Below are positions 1 through 13,000 of a stretch of 64,000 nucleotides of DNA, piece by piece. The stretch is from Blasia pusilla (taxonomy: Eukaryota). The stretch is from the NCBI GenBank assembly GCA_050084515.1, contig CM114271.1, forward strand, positions 26,226,001 to 26,290,000, read 5' to 3'. A program made the translations under genes and the position numbers. The notes under the pieces were generated by a model. The model did not search any database. It had not been told where the DNA came from and saw only the letters and a list, made by a program, of their open reading frames with translations. Each line of letters opens with the position of its first letter. The stretch's first letter is position 1.

Positions 1-166
1 CACCCCCTACTACCAAGTCACTAACAACTTGGAGTACAAAATGTACTCACTTCAAGTTTTTGCATGGAAACAAACTTGTTAATCCATGGGACAGACAAAT
101 CCGCAGATATGCCAAATTGACTTCCGGCCCACTTTTTTGTGATATCCACGTCGCACACGCGAGAAT

Positions 167-423
167 CAAGGTTGTACGAAAATGGACAAGTCTGGACATG
201 TCCCACGGACATGCTGCTCGATGACCCGTGGCCCGCATCCGAGCAACCTCTTGAAGCCCGTAGAGCCCATAGCGGGCACCTGGGCTGGTCGAGCCCGCAT
301 TGGTTTTGTGCCCGCTATGGGCTTGGCGAGTTCTAGGGGCGAGCCGCACGTACCCGAGCCTGCACAGCCATGTCCGTCCTTGGACATGTCCTCACACACG
401 GACTATGTCCGTGTGCGACCTTG
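167..423. mobile_element. Non-autonomous TIR element (MITE, probably hAT-type), within a larger cluster of related sequence (~80-870)
   Basis: Ends CAAGGTTGTACG ... GTGTGCGACCTTG are imperfect inverted repeats; internal GGACATGTCC and GCCCG motifs; similar to the copy at 21868-22318. Flanks gcgagaat/gaaggaat are only a weak 8-bp TSD. Confidence 0.55.
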
Positions 424-3400
424 GAAGGAATAGGTGCGAGCTTGGATTAAGGGTGAAGGGCAAGGATCAAATGGGTGTGGAAGCTGAGGGCCTACGCTTG
501 GTCTACATTGAGCCCACCTAGCTTGTTGCGGCTCAACACGAGCCAATGCGGGCTAAGCGTGGGCCCATAGCCCACACACCCGCTTGGCCTCGGGCTGGCC
601 AATGTACATGTGGGTCCATTGCGGGCTCAACGCAGGCCAAGAAGGCTCGATGCAAAAAAAGAAAACATATATGAGAAAGGTGTGGGCTTGGTATAGGACG
701 TGGGTTGGATGTAGGCTAGATAACAAGTCGCAAGAACTAGCAGCGGGTCGTTGGGCTAGGATGTGAGTTTTTCGAGCTTGGATCTACATTGTAGGCGGCG
801 AGAACTTGGGCCAACACGGACATGTCCATCATAGGGATAGACAACCCAAGTGGTGTCATGCAAACCCAAGGCACAATGTAATACCACATGACACTTCTAA
901 ATTAAACGGGCACCCACTAAAGGTCTCTCTACCACCTCATACAAAGGGAAGTGTGGGTGACCTAAACACATATACCACCACATGAGAGTAGGTCACATAT
1001 AACCTCCCAAGATAGGAACACAACATAATCCCTCCAAGAAATTTTGGACAGATCTGGGAACATACCATCCCACACCCGTTGTCACATCGTAGCCCACATC
1101 TCAATCACAACCATCCTCCACTTCCCTACATCCAGCCCATAATCCTTTCCCGCGCCCTATTTGCATCTAGCACATGCAAGCTAGACGTAGGCCAGCGTAG
1201 TCTACATCCTACCCGCATGGGCCCAAAAAAACTTTAAAATTTTAATTTTTTTTCAAAAAAAAATCCCTCTTGCGCCAGGCTTTCACCTTGCCCGGAACCC
1301 CTCTTGCATGAGCTGGATGCGGGCCATAATTGTAAGAGGGATATGGACGAAGGAGGATGTGGTGCAAGATCGGGTGTGGGCAAGGCGGTTAGGTCCACGT
1401 GGACAAGTTCGTCCCTAAGACAAAAAAGTCCGGGGACGCAGACTTTGTCTATGTGTAATCCTACTAATATTACAATTATATATAAGGAATATTAGATGCA
1501 AGGCCTATGAGTAAAGAGAAATTGATAACCATGGTCTTGTTACTTCTATAGAAAACCACATCTTTTTCTTTTAAAAATTTTAACTACAAAAATATAAGAT
1601 AACCGTTATTGTATATAGGTGAGGTCCTATATACTTAGAGAGTAACATGGTTTTTGGGGTTCTTCCCCTTTGCAATGACGATGCTCAATTGTATCTATCC
1701 ATAGTTTTTGGAGCTACCTATGACAAAGATGAAGAAGGGATGTGAGAAGTAACCTATCTTTGTGAGAAGGTTAGTTTATTTCCAAAATTCTATAAAGATT
1801 GACTCAATTGGTTATTGAAAGGGTACATGCAAATTAAATGTGATATTGCATATACTTATCTTTATCTTTTTCTATGGCATTTGACAACAAGCTAGTTGCA
1901 GATGGTTGGTTTCTTTTGTGATTTTTTAAAATAATATAACCAATAACCTCAAGAAAATAGAATGAGACATAGAAAATTTGAAAAGCATAGAAGAAAAAGG
2001 ATGGACATAGAGAGAAAAAATCAAGAAGGGGACAAACATAAAGGCGCCTCCACCATCTTATATGGTAGTTGGTGAAGTAGTAAAATTGAGGGATGTAAAA
2101 AACTTACCCACTCCACTATGATTTTATACAAGTCTTTATTGTGATGGTAAATTTCACACTAAAACATGGTAAAGTGAGTTTTTTACTATGAGTTTACTCC
2201 CCCAAGAAGAATTTCAACTTGATAAAAAACTCAACAAAGCCTCGGATGGCTTAATGATCAATTGTAAGATTTCCCATTTGGAAGAGGTATCATGTGTATT
2301 GTATCAAAATATATATGGGTTTTTTGTGTATAAGTATGGATAGAGGAAAATTACACAAATACACTACTAATTTTGATTGTGGTGCGACTCGTGTGTATAC
2401 AAATGCAATTATCCCAAATGCATTACGACATTTACTCATAAAAGGAGATAGATTTTAAAGGAAAAGATTTGTCAAATTTTAAGTATAATCACTCAAAGTA
2501 GTTGTGGTTAATTATTTGTAGGAATGTTTTATTTAAGTAAAAAATTTGAGATATTTATGGTGATGGAATCTCAAGTTAAGTATTTTGAGTCATATGTCGT
2601 GAAATCTCTTTAGCTAGCTAGCTAGCTACTTCATACTATTATCACTTGCATTTATTTCCTTGCTTATTTTAAGAATTTTGGAGAGCACTATCAAGATAAA
2701 TGAAGGGCATGGTGATTTTTTCATAAGGACCTAACAATGGCAAGATGAGGCCATATAACGTGATGGGTTGGTCTACTTCTTCCTTACCACGTTGTATGCA
2801 ACATATTCGTTTGCATAATATCAAACCTAGATTTTTTTAGTTGCCTAATTCCAATAGATTCCAACCCAAAGGTTATGAAGAGCAAGGATATGTAGATCTT
2901 CACCAAGGTGCCAACGATGATATCCTTCTTCTTCAAAACCTTCAACCACACACGTTGGCACATCTCTACGTCCTAGATCCATATCCTATCTGGTCAAATG
3001 TTCTCTGTATATATTATGATACATCCATACAACATTTCATATGTTAGTACCAAAATTTAGAGAACAATATTCATTGCATTCAATAAATGTACTACTTTGA
3101 GACGGAGACATACTTCACAAATATGACGATATCAATTGAGCTGACATGGCCTGCTTCTCATGGCGTCCCTTCAATATTCATGCTATCTTAAGCTGCTAAA
3201 TTGGTTGGCTTTGCCTCGGCCAAATTAGTAAGTGGCCTTTGGGTCATTTCTTGCATTGTCGAATGACATGCTTGAACGACTCATTCCTCACCTTGGCCAT
3301 ATCCCTATTTAAGATGAATCTAGGCCACTTTGCATTATATTGCAAGGGAGTATGTACCTTGTTTCTTTTGCACCTCCTCCCCTCACCACCAAACTCTCAT

Positions 3401-4689
3401 AACATGGAAAATAGTGGGAAATAGAATAATTTTTTGTTCAAATTCAAGCATAAGAAGCTTAATTTTCAAACGATGCTCTAGTTTCTTGATGTTATATGAA
3501 TATGAACAATTGCACCATATTTGCAAAACGGCCATCCTTCCCAAATCGATAATTTGTTTTTGAAACATTGCGATTATGGTGTGACTTTTGATAATCATAA
3601 CCATTGCAAGTGGAATGGTTGCAAAGTAGCTTGCGATTCCCGGATAGTCGCAAAATAGTTTCCATGATATTTTATGCCCATCATATAACTAATAATATTT
3701 GCAAATTTTGACGACTAAAAATAACACAATCGATTAGAAATCACATCTAAACCGAAAAATCTTCCGCAACCACAATAGGAGTCGAGAAGAGAAGAGTGAT
3801 TCACAGTGTCTTGTATCTCCCCTTGAATTAACCCATCACATCCCTTTGATGACCATGGACTAGTTCTAAATTGACACAAATACAAGGGACATGTGAAAAA
3901 TATGTCTATCCTACGAGGCAAAGAGTAGATTTGAAGATCCTCTCGGGATACTCCGAGGGACATGTGGAATAGATGCCCATACTACTAAGTGGTGAGTAAA
4001 CATAAACATCCTCCATATGGTACCCTCAGGGAGGTTCCATGAGATCTGCTCTACAATAAAAACTAAATGCAAGAGCACTACAACCTTTCAAAGTCAAAGC
4101 AATATTCGGGGAGATCGAGGATTACAAGTAAAGCTAGCCGGTCAAAATTGAGAATTTCCAATTCATTTAAAAGTTTCCTACCGAAAACCAACTGGATTTA
4201 TGTAGCTTCTGTGTATAACATATTTAAAACCGGGATAAACATTTCCGATTGGAAATTCCCGGTAATGTAGTAGGTCCCACGGAAAAACTCCCCGAACCCT
4301 GAACCAAAGGCCATCAATGTATCAAGGTCACTCACACCCACCACCACACATGAATAGTGAACTTACAAAAAAAACCAAGATCCATGAACGCATTCCTACC
4401 CAACCTCCCAATGAACAAGAATAAGTCCTCATCCTACTTTCTCACCTCAAGTTCCCAAGAAGGAAAGAAAAAATACGAGATCTCAATAAAAAAAAGGATG
4501 GTGGAAAACCCATCGGAAATACAAAAAGGGAGGCCACAACCCCAAAAAAGTCACCTCTCCCATCGACTAAAGTTGCTAAAGTCACCGACAATGGAAGAAA
4601 AATATCGGCAACCCCTAAAGAGACCACCACTAAATGGGAGAGAAAGCATAAGAAAGAAGGTGAGAGGGATATATATATATATATCCCCG

Positions 4690-5470
4690 GCCCTAACGGC
4701 ACGAACGACATAAATTCGGTTCCATTAAGTTATCGTATAAAATCTCATCCGTAATCTGAAGTTTGACCGAACACGTCACTGTAGACATGCTCTCTCGACC
4801 CCTTGAGAAGTGCCGAATCTCCGCGAGAGGGCGATCCCCATGGCACTGCACTGCACCGCAGTACAGAACAGTACAGTGAGTGCCATCATCGTCGTCGTCG
4901 CAGTACAGTGACACTACTACAGTCGACTCGTGTATGGCACCACTCACTGACAGGCAGAGATTTGCGTAGACCGATGGACTGACGGACTCATGGAGTAGTA
5001 AGCAGTACGACGCTGCGCCGCGCCGCGCCGCGCTGCGCTGCGACGACGACGGACTCGGACGGAGCTCGTCTGGAAACTTCCCGTCGAACAGGACGGAGCG
5101 AAATTAAACCGATGGGGGAGCGCGTACGGCAGCAGGGGCAGCATGGGCAGCAGGGGCGCTGCACTGCAGCGAGCGGTGTATGAGTACTGTAGGGCCATTG
5201 ATGTGCGCCAGAGAGGGCGGGGCTGGCTGGCGCCTCCAGCGTTAGTGAGGAGTGAGGACTCGGGGGGAGGAGAGGACTGACGAACGAAGAACTACTCCGG
5301 CGGAGGAGGAGGAGGAGGAGGAGGGGCTGCCGCCGCAAGAGACGATTACGGCAGTTCAATTAGACGTGTGAACTAATTCCGACCGACGACCGCCGCAGCC
5401 TCCGCCGGCGCGAGCTCGACAGTTGTGAAGACAGGGAAGTCGCGTGTACATGACTACGATACGAGTGTTT
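4690..5470. promoter_or_regulatory. CpG-rich non-coding island with (GGA)n and GCGCC-type simple repeats; possible regulatory region or untranslated exon
   Basis: Sharp GC/CpG rise between AT-rich TE-like flanks; (TA)n at ~4669-4685 and (GGA)n at ~5302-5323; overlapping ORFs are low-complexity with no recognisable domain. Confidence 0.35.
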
Positions 5471-7441
5471 GTATGTAGTTTCGTCATTTTTTAAGTTATG
5501 AATTTTATTTTTTCAAATTTTGTGTTTAATTTATATATTTTATTTAGAATGTGCAATTTTTATGTATGATACGGATCATTAAATTTCTTTCAAAAATATT
5601 TTTGTCATTTTAAGGGGGTACTATAAAAATGGGTAAGGACATATACATTTAAACATGAGCTATTAATAAGGGATCCCTGCATTGCATGCATCTAGTAGTA
5701 TTTGAGAGGGGTGTACCTAGGCACCAATGAGAGGAGAAGGAAATCCAATGGTAAGGTGTGGGGGTGAATTGGACATACTCGCTTGGATGACGGTTATGTC
5801 TCGTGGAAGCTTATGTTCAAGGAGTCATGTTTTTTTTTATTGATCAGCAATCACAAGCACTAGTAGTAGCCATCATTTGGGTAATAAGCGTCTGGGCCTA
5901 GGGTCACTTCAAACTCAAGAGATCTAGATCAAACCAAATACCGACCTAATCCCCCACTCTCCAATACAAACGAGTCATTCAAGACTTGGGATATATTTCC
6001 TTGACAGTCTAGGGATTTGAAATGATAATATTGGGCCTAATGGTCCCAACTTCTGAATACACCTTGAAGGAGTCCGTAACTAGAACTCAATGTCTGAGCA
6101 AGGTGCAAGATTAGTACCCAAAAATTGACTACCTAGGCTTGGCTTGGTGTCAAAATCCCAAGACCACCCTCTCAATCCATCACGTGCTCTTGGTTTCATC
6201 CTCATGATTCTTGAGGTGGGTTCAGGTTCCAAACATCCTCGTAGTCTCTCCCCCTTATATATAATTTTAGAGAAATTCACCTCATCCCTTTACCCAAAGA
6301 ATCCCTCTTGGGTCATTCTTTATGGCTCTCAACCGAAAATTATTATTCCAATTGTGCTTGGAATATTTCAAAAAAATTTCTTGTCTATTTTTTGACTAAT
6401 TAGTTTTATAGAACCAACTCGTGTCAAGCTTTCCAATGCAATCTTACTCAAGATAAATTTATCTCTAGTCCGGCCTTTACGAATCAAACATGGAGAACCC
6501 CAAAACACTCAATCATGTTCCAAATTAGGTTGTAGTTTCATCGGAGTCCTACTCTTGTGAGACTTTAGCTCCTCTCAAGTTCCACTATGAGTTTTTATTG
6601 TGCTCTTCCAAGCAGTAACCATCGTCATTCGAGATGCCCATTAAGGAAGATATTTGCTTTTGCAACTCATGTATCACTCGTGAGACTTTGAAAAGTTGCA
6701 CCTTTTTCACCTTCAATTGTTGACTCTTAGTTCAAATATCTAAAAGCTTCTTTGTCAACCAACTCAACGAAGGGTTGGTCACATTCTCTTTCAACTTTCT
6801 TTTTCCTTCTAACATCTTGATCACATCATGAGCGACTACATACTTTTCTAACTCACTAATCCTTTTCACTAAATCTTACAATTGAAATGCTAACTCTTTT
6901 ATCCCTTGTTGATTCAACTCTCTTCATCTCCATCCTTGGACTTTCTACTCTTTTGATCAGAAATTAACAACTTTATCTCATAGATCCACCATCTCTCCTC
7001 CCCATTTATCCTCTAATCATTTACTGATTTCAATCTTGTTGGATTCTTGAATAAATATCCATCCTACATAATTATTGCATGTGATTTATGTTTAGTGCCT
7101 CTATGACTAACTCCATATACTTTTGCACATATAGTTGCAATCCACAACTTTGGTTGGAATCCTAGTTCTTCATTCTTGTTTCCAACGTCTTCCTTGATCT
7201 TCCTTAGTAATGGCAAAGGTTTAGAGGATTTTTTTTCTTCACAAATTTCAGAAATTTTTGGTTCCGCACTTACAAAAAATTTGATAGTTGCTAAATTGTG
7301 ATAATAGTGCATAGGAAATCTTCTACTATACTTCGAAGAGGACCATCAATCCCTTTTTTTGTCATTTTCTTCTCAATCACTTTCCAATTCTTCAACACGT
7401 AGATCATCTTCAAACTTAATCTCATGGAGATGGTTTTGTAG

Positions 7442-7600
7442 GCATGAGCCTGCCCAATAGCGGCCTAGCCCACCCTACAGGCCTACCGCGGGCTACAAAA
7501 CTGGTGCAGGCTCAGCCAGCCTGGGTCAACGCTACAGGCTCGGGGGCTCAGATGCATGCCTCAAGTACCCAGGCGGCATGTCCGTTTCAGTGCAACTTTG
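7442..7600. mobile_element. Partial copy of the same MITE family
   Basis: GCATGAGCCTGCCCAAT matches 22075 GCATGAGCCCGCCCAAT; ends GTGCAACTTTG like the family's right TIR. Confidence 0.5.
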
Positions 7601-10029
7601 GGGAAGAGTTGTTTTGGCTCTTCCAAAGGATATAAGACGTAGGTAGATGGCTCTCATCAATCATCTTTGTCATGCTAAACCTAGGGAGCACTCCTTCTTT
7701 TAGGATTTGGTAGGATCTCGAGTGCTAGAGTTTGGATTTCCTTACATCGAAGAGTGGATGAGGCATGACAACCATAGATAGATTCAAGAGTGGTGTTGGC
7801 CATATGAGCAGCTTTTACTTTTTTTTTGACCTTGATAAGCGTGCAAGTATATTTTTGTATACTCACTTGTATATATGTACATATCTATATGTATGTTGGG
7901 AAGATCGATGGTGTTTATTGTGTGGATATGAACACCAATATAGATTGTGTAACGTTGTGTATGGCACTGCATGCGCACGACACCACGAAGTGTGCCCATC
8001 TTATCCACTCAAGAAATAAGTTGTCTTTAGCTATTGCGTTATTGTATTATAGACAACATGTCTCCATCGCTTCGCAACGTGCCCAAACCAATATGCTTCT
8101 ATGACGGACTTATGTTGTGGGAGATGCCAATGCTAGAGGTCCTCTTGAGTAGGCATGTTTCATCAGTTGTCACTAGTATTGTTTTTGGAGTTTGTGAGGT
8201 TAGATTTTAGAGGGTTTGCCCTTCTATTTTTTTTTCACATCTTATTGGGTGTGATCTTAGTGTTTAAGGACTATGTGAGTGTCTCTTCTTGTACTTCCAA
8301 CGGATTCCCCCATCTTCCCTATACATTTAACGTATTTTCTCCTTTTAAGAAGGGGGCAAACTAGTTTGCTATACTTGGAGACACCTCGTAAAATTATGTC
8401 ATACATCATTTGCTTAGTTAAGGCTTGTATCATCATATTACTTTTCTCTATACTATGGAGTGGCGTCTTGATTTGATTTATTTTACACATTGTAACAGGA
8501 AAATATTTCTGATACTACAAGGAACAAGAATTTTCTTAGGGTAAAAAAACCTTTCTTTTAATTTATGGGGGGCATGTCTCACCAAAGGTCGGGTGATAAA
8601 CTTGTCATTTTTAAGAGGGGGCAGACTCTTGAATATGCCCCTGTCATGCATTGATTATAACGCACCCTAATAATGAATATTTCTTTTTTTACCCTTTTAT
8701 TAACTAGATGGGACTAGCTGATTAGAGGTGATAAATATCATAATTGGAGGCCACCGCAAAAGACGGCTTGGAGCCCTCAAATGATTGTTGAGAGGGCCGT
8801 TGTACCCTCTCCTCAAGGCCTGAAGTAGTGAAATATATATAGATAGTGGGTGAAAGTATGTAGTGACTTACTATAAGGAAGTCTGCCCATCTCGTGGATA
8901 GAGAGAGATACAACGTCCTTGGGCCTCGAGTCGAGATTCAAAATTCGGTGGATTGGTCCCAATGAGACCCGAATCGAACAACGTTTAAATCTCTGCCGTA
9001 CACGAATATCATCTCTCGATATGTACGATGCTCTGCAGGAATTTCGTATCTCGTGGGCATGTACTCTACGAGCATGTCGCCGACTTGTCTTGCTTTTCTG
9101 TCTGCCAGGGGTCGCGTGCCTTACCGACATACGATGGGCGTATCTCTGGGGTATATACGATGGGCATGTCGTCGCTTTTTCTGCGTGTTGGAATAGTTCC
9201 CAAATGCGCGTGAGTTTCTTGTCTTCCAGTCAAGATTTTGTCTTGTGCGTCCTGTGCATGAATAATTTCTTCTCAGCATCCGATGAGATTGTCAAGACAT
9301 TCGGAGACATTGGAAGTGGGAACAAGAACGGTCGCTGGTACAGTGCGAGCTTTTGAGTGTGTCGCTGGTACATAAGCGTGTCGTCGCTTCCGCTGTCCAC
9401 GAATTCTTTCTCGACCGACGATGCTCATGTCAGAACATGTAGAGAGACGCTAGGAGGAATGGTGTCGGCGGTGACTAGAGAAGAAACGGCAGCCACAGCG
9501 GCGCGAAAGGTGTAATCCTCTCTCGTCTCATGGTGCCAAGACCAAGGTACTGTATCTACCTGCCAACCTCATAGATTCCGCTAGCCCATTGGTACAGCAC
9601 CATAGTCAGTTCCAGCCGTGAAAAAATCCTGTCTTTACACTTGATTTCATGTCATTATTAATGCTTCGTTCAGGTGACAGTCAATTTCTTTGAGAGGCAG
9701 CCATGAAGTATTTTGTTTCGTAGAAGGACATCAAATTTGCATCCACAGATAGCAGTTGTGAACTATTAATTTGAAGACGGTTTGCAAAAAGTGTCACGAG
9801 CTCCTGTTAGAGGATGGAGTTAGTCAGGGCTACCAACCTTGTACCAGGTGGCGCGGATGGGATGTTCTTTCCATTTCCACCATAGGCGATTTGGTATGCA
9901 AGCAATTTGAAGGCGTGGTTCGAGCAAGCCCTTGGATCAAGCGTACAGATGTAGAAATGAGTCGAAATACACATCCTTCATATAACCTCCCACGATGGCC
10001 GACATGGGAACAAGAATAGCCAAGAATTT

Positions 10030-13000
10030 TCAAGATAGTCCTTGATCTTGTCTTCTGTCGTGGGCAGCCCCCTGCGGATTCTCTCTAAGTAAAGGTGTCG
10101 TGATTGTTCTTTCATCACCCCAGCCACCTTTACGACTTTCTTGAACATTCTCGGAAGAATCTACAACCAGTTCCACACGTGGTTCATCGCTGACTTCTGA
10201 AGCTCGATTAAGGTTGGCAATATGCGATTGCAAGCGAGAGATACAGGTCTGCACAGCGTCATGTACGCGGACAAAAAGCCATTCATGGCCAACTAGTTCA
10301 TCCAAACCACCTTTCGAGAGAGTAATCATCACCTTCGGATTCGGGTTGCACAGAGCCAGCTGCATCAGGACACCACAGCATTAGCGTCTTGAAGATCGGC
10401 GAACATTGACCATGAGTAGGAGGACACCACTGAGCTCACGGTATATTTTTGCGGTATAGGAATGACACATCAACCTCGTCTTTGCTGCAACAAACACTCC
10501 GAAGATCACGAGGGTTTTACTCAAAGAGTCACAACATCTATCCGGTCATGAAAATGAAAGGCCTCTACCTGAATACCACGTGATTTAAACTCGTAGTAGA
10601 GCTCTCTGATGGCATGTACTGCACTGGAATCAATATAGGTGACAGCTGCACAAGGCAAAAGAAATAGCCATCACACCAGGAGCGTTTTAATCCAACCAAC
10701 GTTCGTATGGTGTCCCTGTGGATACAATTGGGACACTGAACTAACAACGCGCTACTTAACACTGGACTATGAGAAGCCAAAGGACCCAAATGACAATAAG
10801 AAACCAAAGTACGGAAGCAGCAAGTACCCGACAAAGTATAGCTGACATGTCTCACAAAAGTTAGAGTATGCACACAGGCTGTTGAAAGCCAACAACAGCA
10901 GTTCTAGGGAGGAACCTGAACAATTTCCAAGCCCAGCAAACTACCCATCATGTCAGCTCCATGAACACGTGAGGAATATGAGGGCACTCACGAGACATCT
11001 CCATGATGACGTAGTGTACTCGATCGACTTCGACTCCACGTCGTACACTATTTCCTGGATCTTGTTCAAAGGCTCTAAGTCTGTAGACATCAAACACACC
11101 TCCTCCAGATATGTACAGGAAAAACAATCGAGGGTACGATTAATACGCGTGACACTCATAGGCTTTGAAAGAAAGTGCCGTTTGTGTGTGTTCTGGGGGG
11201 GAATTTTGGTGGCCATGGGGGGGTGGGGAATTAGGATAAGGTTGAACATGTTACTTGCCTGTCCTTTATGACACTTGTATTCGCAAAGTATATTGGAGCA
11301 TCGACACGCATGATCACAATTCCATTGTAAGTGTAAACACCTGGGTATTGCTGTGAATTTCTGTACACGGTGGTGCCTGGCAATCGCCCCAATACAGCTA
11401 CAGAGCAGGCAACAACTTTAATCAGTGCTAGAGACACCTACACAGATCTCTCCATGAATTTTCCCTAAATGAATGTGGAAGTTTGCAGATTGTAGTTTCA
11501 AGATCTTGGATGTGCACCACACATCCAAGATTATTAAGTCCCTGGAGAGCTGAGTCCAAACAAAGATGGAAGATGATATAATCTTTTCTAAGCATGTCAG
11601 GCACAAAGCCACTAAAAGCGGTGAAAATCAGAATACGTACCTGTGTGAGGATTAGCTGATTCATAAATGACGAAGACGAGAGAGAGACCAACCTGGAGCA
11701 CATTGCCAGTAGCAGCACAGTTAGATTTTCAACCACAACCCACGTTTACTTCACATGTCATCTAACTTGTGACACTGCATTGCAATTTTGAAGTTTGGCA
11801 CACTAACAGTCCTTCAGCAAAAATGCATTTGAACGTCAAGGTGTTCCTCGAATTGATGTACTTCAAAACTCAGATTTCTGGTGAACCGGGAATCATAGAG
11901 ACAAAACAGCGAGTTTCAGGAATTTACCCCGACTAACACTCCGACTTCGATGCCATAGAATAGAGTGAAAAGAAACGTAGCCATCCATAAAAGAAGGTCT
12001 CTCTTCTCGACCCGCCATAGAAACATTACTTCCTCGTAATCAATCTGATAAGAAGGTTATTACCGCTCACCTTAGTTCCGCTTGTAAGCACAATTTCTTC
12101 TTGAGTAGGCCATGCTTGAAAACCCACTAGACATGAGGCTATGTGAGCCTCATGTAAAGTTGGTTTTCAATCTAAAACCATTTAGCACTTCCAATAAACG
12201 AGAAAATTCCAGGCCAGGCCAAATGTATCATATTACACAGGATCTACAAGACATTTCTCCTCATAGGGTACCTGAACTTGCCTAGTGATCTGAGACTGCA
12301 TGCTTAGAAAGTGGTACTTTGCAAGATTTTGCTCTGGAATTTGAAAGTGCTAACAATCAACTTTTGGAGGTTTCAGTAGCGACATCTCCCAATATGGTGT
12401 AAGGGTAGATGGGACTGTAGACTCACGGAGTTCCCAATGAAAATGCTCTCCTTTGCACTCGTAAGGACTCAGATTAATCCACTCACTAGATGTTATTCAA
12501 AAAGATTAGGATCAATACACATCCTACCTCACAACTTCAAGGTGAACAAATTTCTGCAAGGGAATTTGTTTTTGCAACATACTGACCATCTTTTTCTGCA
12601 AAGTTTCTGGAAACAGAAAAAGCAGCAAATGGAGAGAAAGATAGAGGAACCATACCAGCCCCATGACAGCAGAAACGACTATGGCCGCCAGACCACACTG
12701 AATCATCACCACACAAATGGTGGGTAGCAAATTCCAGAAGTTGTGCATACAAACTTCGCAATTGAAGTCAGGACCTGGTATGACCAGTCCATCTCCTATT
12801 TTTCTCAAAAGAGCAGGAGGCAGCAAAAAATGGACAACCTGTGCTATTACTTGTAATTAAGTACATATAACTACTAAATATTGATATGGTAATCATAAAA
12901 GTTTTGTACCTGGGGAATATCTGTGAAAAGAGGCGTCAGAAAAAGTAGAGATGCACCGATAAGAACGAATACCACAATTCCAAAGAGTCCAGTCTTAGAC

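Noticed and set aside
2600-3720. Possible decayed DNA-transposon transposase on the minus strand
   Set aside because: Only vague similarity by eye; no motif could be read with confidence.
4944-5359. ORFs of 84-123 aa in the GC-rich island
   Set aside because: Low-complexity products of microsatellites with no domain.
8919-9356. 145-aa plus-strand ORF
   Set aside because: Non-ATG start, no recognisable motif or splice support.
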